From Lentisphaeria bacterium (GTDB lineage: Bacteria; Verrucomicrobiota; Lentisphaeria; Victivallales; JAUVCU01), in the NCBI GenBank assembly GCA_030590715.1, contig JAUVCU010000001.1, positions 1-26,032 of the forward strand: a DNA stretch of 26,032 nt, read 5' to 3'. Shown piece after piece: positions 16,377 to 25,498 of this stretch (the first letter of the stretch is position 1; each line of letters begins with the position of its first letter). The position numbers and the translations under genes were made by a program. The notes under the pieces were generated by a model that saw only the letters and a program-made list of their open reading frames with translations, did not search any database and was not told the DNA's origin.

Positions 16377-17240
16377 CTATTTAATTTCCATTGAGATATC
16401 TGATGAAATTACAGAGTGAGTAAGTGCTCCGACGGAGATGAAGTCAACGCCGATTTTTGCAATTGAAGGGATTCTTTCGATTGTGATTCCGCCACTTGCT
16501 TCAAGCTTTGACGTTCCGTTGCTCATTGCTACAGCTTCAGACATTTGTTCATTTGTCATGTTATCTAGTAGGATATAGTCGGCTTTGGTTTTAAGTGCTT
16601 CAGCTACTTCTTCAAGAGTGTCTGCTTCAACTTCAACTTCAAGGTTCGGGAACATAGTTCGTGCTCTCTCTACAGAACGGGTGATTCCGCCTTCTCCTTC
16701 AAGTCCAGCCAGAGCTCGATGGTTGTCTTTGATCATGACTCGGTCGTAAAGGCCGATTCTGTGGTTTACGCTTCCGCCAACGGCAACGGCGTATTTCTCA
16801 AGGTTTCTCCAGCCCGGTGTTGTTTTTCTTGTGTCGAGAATAACTGTCTTGCTATCTCCAGTCGCGTCTGCATATTTTTTTGAAGCTGTTGCAACGCCGC
16901 TTAGTCTCTGGATGAAGTTGAGTGCAGTTCTTTCGCCTGTTAATAGTGACTGGGCGTTTCCTTTCATTTCTGCGATGATTGTTCCGTATTCAACAAAGTC
17001 ACCGTCGTTGACTAAAGCTTTGAATTTAATTTTTGAATCCACAAAGTTGAAGACTTGCTCTGCTACTTTTAGTCCAGCAATAACACAGTTGTCTTTTGCT
17101 TTGAATGTTGCAGTTGCTTCTACGTCGTTGGGTATGACTGATAGGCTGGTTGTATCGCCGACTTCTAAGACGTCTTCTTCTATTGCCAGCTTAATTAGTA
17201 TATTTAGTCTCTGGATGTCCAGTTCTGGTGTTGTGCTCAT
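16377..17240 (-). CDS. nadC: Quinolinate phosphoribosyltransferase (nicotinate-nucleotide diphosphorylase)
   Basis: LTGERTALNFIQRLSGVAT, ILDTRKTTPG, NHRIGLYD, IKDNH, EVEADT, ILLDNM, EASGGI, SVGALTHS. Confidence 0.98.
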   Translation of the reverse strand: MSTTPELDIQRLNILIKLAIEEDVLEVGDTTSLSVIPNDVEATATFKAKDNCVIAGLKVAEQVFNFVDSKIKFKALVNDGDFVEYGTIIAEMKGNAQSLLTGERTALNFIQRLSGVATASKKYADATGDSKTVILDTRKTTPGWRNLEKYAVAVGGSVNHRIGLYDRVMIKDNHRALAGLEGEGGITRSVERARTMFPNLEVEVEADTLEEVAEALKTKADYILLDNMTNEQMSEAVAMSNGTSKLEASGGITIERIPSIAKIGVDFISVGALTHSVISSDISMEIK

Positions 17241-17255
17241 TTTATGATTACCTGA

Positions 17256-18047
17256 TTAGTAGTTTTCGTTGTGCATAATTGAGATGTTCTTGATTGCAGT
17301 CGCTTTTCCATCGCTGAGATTAAATGAGACAACAGCTCCGTCAAGTCTTATGCCGTGTTCTTCGACTGGTAGTCTGCAAGGCATTCCTGTTTCAAATTTT
17401 GATAGCACAGATTCAACTGTTCTTCCGAGTACAGAGAAATCGGCTCCCACCATTCCTGCATCGGTTATGTATGCTGTTCCTTTTGGTAGGATTTTTGCGT
17501 CTGCGGTTTGGACGTGGGTATGTGTTCCAAGTACAGCTGTTACTCTTCCATCAAGATAGTAACCCATTCCCACTTTTTCGCTTGTGGCTTCGCAGTGCAT
17601 GTCTACGAAAATGGTTTTTACTGTTTTAGGGATCTTTGCGAGTATCTCGTCAACTTTTTCAAACGGGCAGTACGCACTGTCCCTCATAAATACCTTTCCA
17701 AGAAGGTTTATTACTGCGATTTCTCCACATGCAGGGTTTCTTACAATGCAGTAGCCGTTCCCCGGTTGGCGGTTGCTGAAGTTTGCAGGTCTGATAACGT
17801 TTTTGTACGCAGCGATTTCATTGTTGAAGTTTTTTTGATCCCAAACATGATCGCCAAGAGTGAATACATTCACAACGTCTTTTAGATCGTCTAGGCATTT
17901 TGCGTTTACACCGGCTCCGTTTGCTGCGTTTTCAACATTTGCTATTACAAACGAGCAAGAGTATTTTTGACGGAGTTCAGGGATAAGGTCTTTGCAGGCT
18001 TTGCGTCCGCTCTTTCCTACCACATCTCCAATAAATAAAATATTCAT
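17256..18047 (-). CDS. ymdB: YmdB-family metallophosphoesterase
   Basis: ILFIGDVVG, IANVENAANG, TLGDHVWD, RPAN, VDMHCEATSEK, GTHTHVQTAD, TDAGMVG. ATG 18047 is preferred over TTG 18059. Confidence 0.93.
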   Translation of the reverse strand: MNILFIGDVVGKSGRKACKDLIPELRQKYSCSFVIANVENAANGAGVNAKCLDDLKDVVNVFTLGDHVWDQKNFNNEIAAYKNVIRPANFSNRQPGNGYCIVRNPACGEIAVINLLGKVFMRDSAYCPFEKVDEILAKIPKTVKTIFVDMHCEATSEKVGMGYYLDGRVTAVLGTHTHVQTADAKILPKGTAYITDAGMVGADFSVLGRTVESVLSKFETGMPCRLPVEEHGIRLDGAVVSFNLSDGKATAIKNISIMHNENY

Positions 18048-18307
18048 TTTTTTAACCAACTATTTTAAAGAATTCTAAATTTGTATGAATGGAATTGACT
18101 GCTTGAAAAATTGCAGAAAATTAATTGCTCCCAATATTATGTTAAATAAATCATAGGTCAACTGTGGTTTGTAAATATATTTCTTTCATTGGCTTTTGTT
18201 AAATAAAACATCATTTTTGGTCATGATGTATTTAATATTTGTAAACATAAACTATGTTACACAAATTTTGAATATATGAAAAATAGAACCAGATTAGAGG
18301 TTGGAAT

Positions 18308-19474
18308 ATGGGACATAATTACGATTGGAAAAAGCAGAGAGAAAAGAAGGCATTTCTTGCGCTTGAAGACGGAACTGTCTTTAAAGGATACTCGGTAGGT
18401 GCTGAGGTCGATAAAGAGGGTGAAGTAGTTTTTAATACAGGTCTTGCAGGATATCAGGAAGTTATCAGTGATCCATCTTATGCTGGTCAGCTGGTTACAA
18501 TGACATATACCGAGATTGGTAGTGTTGGTGTTAATATTGACGATATGGAATCGGATGCTCTTTATCTTAATGGATTTGTTATCAATAATCTGAATGAGTC
18601 GAGTAACTGGCGTACAGATGAGGAACTTGATGCGATTCTTAAGCGTTATAATGTTCCGTGTATCGCAGGTGTTGATACTCGCGCTCTTACAATGAAGCTT
18701 CGCGAAGCGGGTACAATGAAGGGATATATTCACTGTTCTGCTGAAGAAATGACACCGGAGCAAGGTGTTGCGAAAGCTAAAGCATGGGAAGGTCTTGACG
18801 GAAAAGATTACGCGTCAAAAGTGACTTGTGATAAAACTCATAAGTGGGATGAGGATGACAGTAAATCTTCATCATGGGGGCTTGGCGTTGATGAGCTTCC
18901 TGCTGCAGAATTTAAAGTTGTTGCTTTGGACTTTGGTATCAAATGGAATATTCTTCGTTCAATGAGAATTCAGGGGATGGATGTTACCGTAGTTCCTGCT
19001 AAAACTCCTGCTGCTGAAATTCTTGCAATGAATCCGGATGGAATTTTCTTCTCGAACGGACCAGCCGATCCGGCTGCTGTTCAGTATGCTATTGATACGG
19101 CTAAAGAAGTGCTTGGGAAAGCTCCTATTATGGGTATTTGTCTTGGTCATCAGCTTCTTGCTCTTGCATGTGGCGCTGAAACGTACAGACTTAAGTTTGG
19201 TCATCATGGGTGTAATCAGCCTGTTATGAATCTTGCAACGCAGCGTGTTGAGATTGCTTCTCATAATCACAACTATGCTGTAAAAGCGGAAACGCTTCCA
19301 GAATGTCTTGAAATTACTCATATGAATATTAATGATGAAACTGTTGCAGGTATTAAGCATAAAGAGTTGCCGATGTTCTCTGTTCAGTATCATCCAGAGG
19401 CTGCTCCGGGTCCACGCGATCCACATTACTTGTTTGAGCAATTTGTTGATCTTATGAAGGCTAATAAAAAATAG
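18308..19474 (+). CDS. carA: Carbamoyl-phosphate synthase small subunit
   Basis: LEDGTVF, GEVVFNTG, DPSYAGQ, DFGIK, SNGPADP, GICLGHQ (Cys nucleophile), FGHHG, QYHPEA. Confidence 0.98.
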   Translation: MGHNYDWKKQREKKAFLALEDGTVFKGYSVGAEVDKEGEVVFNTGLAGYQEVISDPSYAGQLVTMTYTEIGSVGVNIDDMESDALYLNGFVINNLNESSNWRTDEELDAILKRYNVPCIAGVDTRALTMKLREAGTMKGYIHCSAEEMTPEQGVAKAKAWEGLDGKDYASKVTCDKTHKWDEDDSKSSSWGLGVDELPAAEFKVVALDFGIKWNILRSMRIQGMDVTVVPAKTPAAEILAMNPDGIFFSNGPADPAAVQYAIDTAKEVLGKAPIMGICLGHQLLALACGAETYRLKFGHHGCNQPVMNLATQRVEIASHNHNYAVKAETLPECLEITHMNINDETVAGIKHKELPMFSVQYHPEAAPGPRDPHYLFEQFVDLMKANKK

Positions 19475-19504
19475 TTTTATTGTTGATCGTTTGGTCGCTA
19501 TATT

Positions 19505-19536
19505 AAGAGCTGTGGTTTTTCCGCAGCTCTTTTTTT
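19505..19536 (+). terminator. Intrinsic terminator after carA
   Basis: Stem AAGAGCTGTGG/CCGCAGCTCTT followed by a T-run. Confidence 0.88.
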
Positions 19537-19896
19537 ATATATACATAAAATATCTATTCTTATTCATTATTTGTATCAAAATGGCTTTAATAAATAGCAG
19601 TTTGCTGTAATTTTAAAAAAACGCTTTACGTAGCGTATTATATATTTTGTTAATGAATGAGTAGAATCTCATTTAGTAGATAAGTTTCAGGGGTTAATTA
19701 CACTTTTGTGTATTTATATATTTTGGCAAAAAACATTTTGCTGCCTGCTTTCCAATATATAGATCTCAATTTGCTGTGATTTATGTATTTGGGGAAGACG
19801 TTTCGTCGTTTTTGGGCGATTAATATATACATTTTTCTAGTCCTCTTTTCTGCTATTGTTTGATTCTCTCGTGTTTTGAATACAGAGAAGATTTTA

Positions 19897-21252
19897 ATGA
19901 AGCAATTTGACCTAATCGCAGAGAATGAACCATCTGAGAATATCTTAAGGATATGTGAGGATGCCCCGCTTGCCGCACGCGTGCGCCCAGGTTCTCTAGC
20001 TGAGTATATTGGTCAAAATCACATTCTTGGTGAAGGCCAGCTGCTTAGAAGAGCAGTAGAGGCTGATCGCTTTTCATCAATCCTTCTTTATGGACCTCCA
20101 GGGGTTGGAAAAACAAGTCTTGCCGAATTAATTGCTCTAAAGACAAGCTCTGCATTTATCAGGCTTTCCGGAGTTACTTCTACTGTTTCTGATATCCGAA
20201 AAGAAATTTCTGCGGCGATCACAAGGAAGAGTCTTCATGGTCGAAAAACAATTCTATTTGTTGACGAGATTCACCGACTGAATAAATCACAGCAGGATGT
20301 GCTCCTTCCGGATGTTGAAAGTGGAGTTATCAGGCTTGTCGGTGCAACTACCTATAATCCGCAGTTTTACGTGATCGAAGCTCTTTTGTCCCGTTCTATC
20401 CTTTTTGCTTTGGAGCCTCTCAACGATGATGAAATATCTCAGGTTATAGATCGCGCTATTGAGCATCCAAGCGGATATAAACATCTTGATGTTGAAGTTG
20501 TCGCAGATGCCCGAAAGTTTTTTTGTATGGTTTGCGAAGGTGACGCAAGAAAAGTTTTAACAGCGTTAGAGATTGCTGTTCTTACTACTCAGCCTGATTC
20601 AGAGAATATAGTTTTGATCGACCTCGCTGTTGCGGAATCATCAGTTCAGCAGAAGGCGATTGTGTATGGAGACGATGGTCATTATGACACAATAAGTGCC
20701 TTTATAAAAAGTATGCGCGGGAGTGATCCTGATGCCGCAGTTTACTGGCTTGCAAAAATGCTTCATGCAGGAGAAGATATTAGGTTTATTGCGCGTCGTC
20801 TGGTAGTCTTTGCGTCAGAGGATGTAGGTAATGCTGATCCGCGGGCGATTACACTTACGTCGAGTGTTATGGAATCTGTAGAGAAAATCGGTATGCCTGA
20901 GGCTAGGATTCTTCTTTCTCAGGCTGTGACTTACTGTGCAACAGCTCCGAAGAGTAATGCTTCCTATGCTGCGATTGATGCGGCGCTTGACGATATTAAA
21001 AAAGAAAGAGTGGTTCCGGTTCCGAAGCATCTTAGGGATGCTCATTATAAAGGAGCGAAAAAACTTGGACACGGTGAAGGCTATAAATATCCCCATAGTT
21101 TTGAGGGATCATTTGTTGTTCAGGACTATATCGGTGTGCCGAAAAAATATTATAACCCGGTTAATTCCGGTTATGAGAGTACAATCTCAGAGAGGATAAA
21201 TTACTGGGATTCTCTTCGTGAGGTGAGCCGGGTTGAGGTTGTAAATGGATAG
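19897..21252 (+). CDS. rarA: Replication-associated recombination protein A (AAA+ ATPase)
   Basis: APLAARVRP, YGPPGVGKT, FVDEIHRLNKSQQD, ATTYNP, GDAR, YDTISAFIKSMRGSDPDAA, ASEDVGNADP, YKYPH. ATG 19897 is preferred; TTG 19876 is the alternative. Confidence 0.96.
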   Translation: MKQFDLIAENEPSENILRICEDAPLAARVRPGSLAEYIGQNHILGEGQLLRRAVEADRFSSILLYGPPGVGKTSLAELIALKTSSAFIRLSGVTSTVSDIRKEISAAITRKSLHGRKTILFVDEIHRLNKSQQDVLLPDVESGVIRLVGATTYNPQFYVIEALLSRSILFALEPLNDDEISQVIDRAIEHPSGYKHLDVEVVADARKFFCMVCEGDARKVLTALEIAVLTTQPDSENIVLIDLAVAESSVQQKAIVYGDDGHYDTISAFIKSMRGSDPDAAVYWLAKMLHAGEDIRFIARRLVVFASEDVGNADPRAITLTSSVMESVEKIGMPEARILLSQAVTYCATAPKSNASYAAIDAALDDIKKERVVPVPKHLRDAHYKGAKKLGHGEGYKYPHSFEGSFVVQDYIGVPKKYYNPVNSGYESTISERINYWDSLREVSRVEVVNG

Positions 21253-21829
21253 TGTTGCTGTCAGCAAAAAAGAGTTAAGAAAAGACTATTTGGCAATACG
21301 AAGTTCGATCAACGAAGATGATCGTGTTTGTTGGAATAAAGAAATTTGTAAATCTGTCGAAACGCTTCTTAAAAAATCGTCAGATTTTGATATGATTGCT
21401 GTGTATATTACGGATGGGACAGAAGTTGATCTGACTTACTTTATAAACAGTTGTTTCGCTCAGGGAATAAAAGTATGTGTTCCGCGTTTTAATAGTAATT
21501 CATCCGCTGGAGGTTATGAGATGGTCGAGGTTACTGACCTTAATTCAGATCTTGAGTTAGGATATTATAATATTATGGAGCCAAAGGCTTCATGTCGGGA
21601 AATATCGGACGATATGTACCGCAAATTAGTTTGGCTAGTGCCTGGAGTTGTTTTTGATGAGAATAGGGGGAGACTTGGACGCGGGAAAGGCGTTTATGAC
21701 CAAATGCTCAAAAGCTACGAAGGGATTAATATAGGTATATTTTATGAATGCCAAAAAACAGAATCAGTTCCTGTTGAGGATCATGACCGCTATATGGATG
21801 TGATCGTTACAGAAAAAAAGGTTTACTGA
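21245..21829 (+). CDS. ygfA: 5-formyltetrahydrofolate cyclo-ligase
   Basis: KKELRK, VCVPR, IMEP, VPGVVFD...RLGRGKGVYD, PVEDHD...D. Overlaps the rarA stop by 8 nt. Confidence 0.93.
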   Translation: MDSVAVSKKELRKDYLAIRSSINEDDRVCWNKEICKSVETLLKKSSDFDMIAVYITDGTEVDLTYFINSCFAQGIKVCVPRFNSNSSAGGYEMVEVTDLNSDLELGYYNIMEPKASCREISDDMYRKLVWLVPGVVFDENRGRLGRGKGVYDQMLKSYEGINIGIFYECQKTESVPVEDHDRYMDVIVTEKKVY

Positions 21830-21869
21830 TTAAGGTGTTTCATAATCATGAAAAAAATGGAGAGTTAAA

Positions 21870-23423
21870 ATGAGTACAGATTTATTAGAAACAGTAGGTC
21901 CGGCAGCCGGTGTTATTGTCGGTTTCCTTGGACATATCCTATACGCACGTGTTAGTGGGAAGTCTAAAGTTGCCGAAGGCGAAAAGATCAAAGGTGATGC
22001 CGAGAAGGAAGCTAAGCATATGGTGCGAGAAGCACGTGTGCAGATTAAAGCAGAGCAGATTAAGCTTAAAGACGAAGCCGCAAAAGAGATGAAGGAGCAG
22101 CGTAAAGAGCTTAAGCAGGTTGAAAACCGCCTAGAGCAGCGCGAAGACAATCTTGAGAAAAAGTTCAGCAGCCTTGATGCTAAGATTGATTCTCTAGATA
22201 AGAAAGATAAAGATGTAGAGCAGACAAAGAAACGTTTGGCTGAGAAAGATGTTGAGCTGAAAAAGACTATTTCGCAGCAGATTGACGAGCTTGAGCGCGT
22301 TGCTCATTTGAGCAGAGATGATGCGCGAGAAATGATCCTTGATAAGCTTAAAAGTGAAGTTAAAAATGAATCGGGTATTATGGTTCGGAATGTTCTTGAA
22401 GAGGCTAAGCAAAAAGCTCAATCGAAAGCGAATGAAGTTATTGCATCTGCAATTCAGCGTTATGCTTCTGAATGTGTTTATGAGCGTACTTCAGCTACGA
22501 TCCAGATTCCTAATGATGAGATGAAGGGGCGTATTATTGGTCGTGAAGGTCGTAATATCCGCGCTCTTGAGGCATCTACTGGTGTTAGTATCTTGATTGA
22601 TGATACTCCAAATGCGATTGTTATTACATGTTTTGATCCTGTTCGTAAAGAGGTTGCACGTCAAATGGTAGAGCGTCTTGTTTCTGATGGTCGTATTCAT
22701 CCTACTCGAATCGAAGAGCTTAAAAAGAAAGTAGAAAAAGAGATTGAAGAAAATATCCAGGAAGCTGGTGAAGCAGCGGTTCTGGAGCTTGGTCTTCAAA
22801 ATATTGCTCTTCCCATTGTTAAGCTTATTGGTCGCCTGCAGTATCGTTATAGTTATTCTCAAAATGTTCTTAAGCATTCAATTGAATGTGCTTATTTTAT
22901 GGGAAGTATTGCAGCAGAGCTTGGTCTTGATGAGATGAAGGCCCGTCGTATCGGTCTTCTGCATGATATCGGTAAAGCTGTAGACCATGAGATCGAAGGA
23001 ACACATGCACGAATCGGTGCTGACATTCTTCGTAAGCACGGTGAAGATAAAGACGTTATCAATGCGGTTGAAGCTCATCACGAAGAAGTTGATATGAAAA
23101 CTGTTTATGCTCCACTTGCCGCTGCAACAGATGCATTGAGTGCTTCTCGTCCTGGTGCTCGTAGTGAAACGACAGAACTTTATCTTAAGCGTCTTGAGCA
23201 ACTTGAGACTATCGCCCTTGAGTTTGATGGTGTTGATAAGTGTTTTGCTCTTCAAGCTGGTCGTGAACTTCGCGTTGTTGTCCTGCCTGAAAAGATCAAA
23301 GAAGGTGAAGCTCAAATGCTTGCAAAAGATATTTGTGAGAGAATTGAGAAAGAGATGAACTACCCTGGTCAAATCAAGGTTGGCGTTATTCGCGAAACTC
23401 GCTCGGTTTCTTACGCTAAGTAA
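21870..23423 (+). CDS. rny: Ribonuclease Y
   Basis: N-terminal TM, coiled coil, KH (EMKGRIIGREGRNIR), HD domain (YSQNVLKHS, LLHDIGK), SASRPGAR, AGRELRV, YPGQIKV. Confidence 0.98.
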   Translation: MSTDLLETVGPAAGVIVGFLGHILYARVSGKSKVAEGEKIKGDAEKEAKHMVREARVQIKAEQIKLKDEAAKEMKEQRKELKQVENRLEQREDNLEKKFSSLDAKIDSLDKKDKDVEQTKKRLAEKDVELKKTISQQIDELERVAHLSRDDAREMILDKLKSEVKNESGIMVRNVLEEAKQKAQSKANEVIASAIQRYASECVYERTSATIQIPNDEMKGRIIGREGRNIRALEASTGVSILIDDTPNAIVITCFDPVRKEVARQMVERLVSDGRIHPTRIEELKKKVEKEIEENIQEAGEAAVLELGLQNIALPIVKLIGRLQYRYSYSQNVLKHSIECAYFMGSIAAELGLDEMKARRIGLLHDIGKAVDHEIEGTHARIGADILRKHGEDKDVINAVEAHHEEVDMKTVYAPLAAATDALSASRPGARSETTELYLKRLEQLETIALEFDGVDKCFALQAGRELRVVVLPEKIKEGEAQMLAKDICERIEKEMNYPGQIKVGVIRETRSVSYAK

Positions 23424-23434
23424 TTAGCGCCAAT

Positions 23435-23477
23435 AAAAAAGCTCCAAGGTCATTTAAAATGACTTGGAGCTTTTTTT
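23435..23477. terminator. Bidirectional intrinsic terminator
   Basis: AAAAAAGCTCCAAG-G-TCATT/AATGA-CTTGGAGCTTTTTT between convergent rny and Dabb genes. Confidence 0.9.
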
Positions 23478-23494
23478 ATATACTTTTAAAAGTA

Positions 23495-23791
23495 TTAGTC
23501 AGCGTCGTAGATCAAAACCTTTTCAAACATTGGTTTGAAGGTGTTAAGAAATGTTGTGTGCAGGTTGTGAGCTTGATATTGGTCGTGAGCTTCCATGTCT
23601 TTTAGAATTACTGTCAGAGCATAGTCGTATGATTTGTCGATTACTGGTCTCTCTGTTGTAGATGGTGTTCCTGTATAAACAGCTTCCGCGCATTGTATAT
23701 CAACAAGTGTCTCTAGTCCTCTTTTGAACTCTGCAACTTGTGACTCCTCAAGGTCTTTCTTAAGCCAAAAAAATACTGAATGAACTAACAT
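23495..23791 (-). CDS. Dabb-family (stress-responsive A/B barrel) protein
   Basis: HSVFFWLK, RPVIDKSYDYAL, YQAHNLH. 98 aa with SD GGGG. Confidence 0.88.
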   Translation of the reverse strand: MLVHSVFFWLKKDLEESQVAEFKRGLETLVDIQCAEAVYTGTPSTTERPVIDKSYDYALTVILKDMEAHDQYQAHNLHTTFLNTFKPMFEKVLIYDAD

Positions 23792-23909
23792 GGTTTCCCC
23801 TTTATGAAATTATTGAATTAGTCAGTAAATAAAAATAGCACTAGAGCAAGAATTAAGCCCTAGTGCTAATTATAAAATCGTATGTTTTTTATTAAACTAA
23901 AAACAAGTT

Positions 23910-25241
23910 TTATACAACATCTCCGAAAAGTGTAACAGCAGTTGCTTTGTTGACTTTTACATCGATGATATCACCGGCTTTTATATCGTCGATCGGATCA
24001 AATATGACAACCCTGTTTGTCGGGGTTCTTCCCTGCCAGCGCTCGCTGTTTCTTTTGCTTACGCCCTCGACAAGTACATTTACAGTCTCGCCAACATCTG
24101 TTTGGATGTTTCTACCAAACATTGTTTTAAGGTCGCCAAGAAGGATTTTGTTTCGTTCTTCTTTGACCTCGTCTGTGATCTGGTCTTCGTAGATCGCAGC
24201 TCCAGTTCCTTCGCGTGGAGAATATTTGAAGATATATGCGTTATCAAACTCAACTTCGTTGAATACTTTACGCGTCATGTTGAAGTCTTCTTCCGTTTCC
24301 GATGGGAATCCAACTATGATATCTGTCGAGAATGTTATTCCCGGTACATGTTTTTTAAGTTTGTTCGCTTTTTCAATGAACTCTTCGCTTGTGTATGGGC
24401 GGTTCATTTTCTTAAGGATTCTGTCAGATCCTGACTGAAGAGGGAAGTGAACGTTGTTGCAAACTTTCGGCAGTTGTCCCATTGTCTTGATCAACTTGTC
24501 GTTGAAATACGCAGGATGTGGCGAAGCAAATCTGATTCTTTCGACTCCTTCAACGGCGTGAACAGCTTCAAGTAGATCTGCAAAAGGAGAGTTGTCATCA
24601 GCAAGAGGTAGTTTTACTTTTGGAAGACCGTAAGCAACAACATTTTGGCCGAGTAGTATAATTTCTTTTATTCCAGCTTCAGCTAGCTCTTTTACTTCTT
24701 CGACGATGTCTGGAATCTCACGACTTTTTTCGCGACCGCGAACATATGGAACAATACAGAAAGTGCAGTAGCAGTCGCATCCGCGCATAATCGCAACAAA
24801 CTCTGATGTTTTGTTGTCTATTTTGTAGTGTTTTCCCATTTCTGTAAGAACGTCTTTTTGTACTTCTGTACTTACAAATTTATGGCGCTTATGCGCTTCG
24901 GCATCAACGACGTCGCCAATCGTGTGAAGTTGATCTGTTCCAATAACAAAGTCAAGATTTGGAACCATTACAAATAGTTCATCACCAAGTCTTTGAGCCA
25001 TGCAGCCCATAAGCCCTAGGATGAGGTTTGGATTTTTTCTTTTAAGTTTTTTCATGAAACCAAGCTTTCCGATAACTTTGTCTTCGGCTTTCTTTCGTAC
25101 ACTACATGTGTTGAATATTATAATGTCGGCCTGCTCTTCTTTTTCGACAAGAGTGTGTCCGCGCTCGCTAAGCATTGCTGTAGCTGCATCAGAATCGCGC
25201 ATATTCATTTGGCAGCCATACGTTTTTATGTAGAAATTCAT
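23910..25241 (-). CDS. miaB: tRNA-2-methylthio-N6-dimethylallyladenosine synthase (radical SAM methylthiotransferase)
   Basis: TYGCQMN, NTCSVR, GCMAQ, GCDCYCTFCIVPYVRG (CxxxCxxC), QSGS, TDIIVGFPSET, FKYSPREGT, C-terminal TRAM domain. Confidence 0.96.
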   Translation of the reverse strand: MNFYIKTYGCQMNMRDSDAATAMLSERGHTLVEKEEQADIIIFNTCSVRKKAEDKVIGKLGFMKKLKRKNPNLILGLMGCMAQRLGDELFVMVPNLDFVIGTDQLHTIGDVVDAEAHKRHKFVSTEVQKDVLTEMGKHYKIDNKTSEFVAIMRGCDCYCTFCIVPYVRGREKSREIPDIVEEVKELAEAGIKEIILLGQNVVAYGLPKVKLPLADDNSPFADLLEAVHAVEGVERIRFASPHPAYFNDKLIKTMGQLPKVCNNVHFPLQSGSDRILKKMNRPYTSEEFIEKANKLKKHVPGITFSTDIIVGFPSETEEDFNMTRKVFNEVEFDNAYIFKYSPREGTGAAIYEDQITDEVKEERNKILLGDLKTMFGRNIQTDVGETVNVLVEGVSKRNSERWQGRTPTNRVVIFDPIDDIKAGDIIDVKVNKATAVTLFGDVV

Positions 25242-25267
25242 TGTGCTTCTCTTTTATGTTTTGTTAA

Positions 25268-25476
25268 TTACTTCTGTTCAAAGGACGGGCAGTCGTAACC
25301 AGTAACTTGCCTGACATGTATGCTCGGCATTTTTTTTGCCTTTGACACCAAAAACTCTGCATCCGTACGGCTTCTCTTTCTCCCACGTTACAAAAAAATA
25401 GGCGCACTTAATACATCGTATCTTTTGTAGATCAGTGCTTTTTTTTTGACTTTAACTTAGGATTAAATTCAGTCAT
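25268..25476 (-). pseudogene. Small four-cysteine protein gene (68 aa when repaired) interrupted by two +1 poly-A frameshifts; not in the ORF track
   Basis: Removing one base from each of T9 (25439-25447) and T8 (25330-25337) gives MTEFNPKLKSKKSTDLQKIRCIKCAYFFVTWEKEKPYGCRVFGVKGKKMPSIHVRQVTGYDCPSFEQK*. It fills the proB-miaB gap with 22- and 26-nt spacers. Confidence 0.75.
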
Positions 25477-25498
25477 TCGGCATGCTCTTTCGTTTCTT

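Noticed and set aside
18238-18265. Imperfect palindrome AACATA-AAC-TATGTT upstream of carA as an ArgR or PyrR site
   Set aside because: It matches neither the ARG box nor the PyrR loop consensus, and such palindromes are frequent in AT-rich DNA.
19537-19875. AT-rich 340-bp gap as 6S RNA or replication origin
   Set aside because: No long 6S-like rod with a central bubble and no cluster of TTWTNCACA boxes. Only short palindromes, so probably promoter DNA.
18257-23372. Long antisense ORFs opposite carA and rny (18257-18763, 18959-19441, 22491-22877, 22878-23372)
   Set aside because: They are explained by codon bias of the sense genes, have no SD or motifs, and fully overlap conserved genes.
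25436-25447. A_AAA_AAG as a programmed -1 ribosomal frameshift site
   Set aside because: The heptamer is in frame, but the downstream coding frame needs +1 (or -2), so -1 PRF would not repair the gene.
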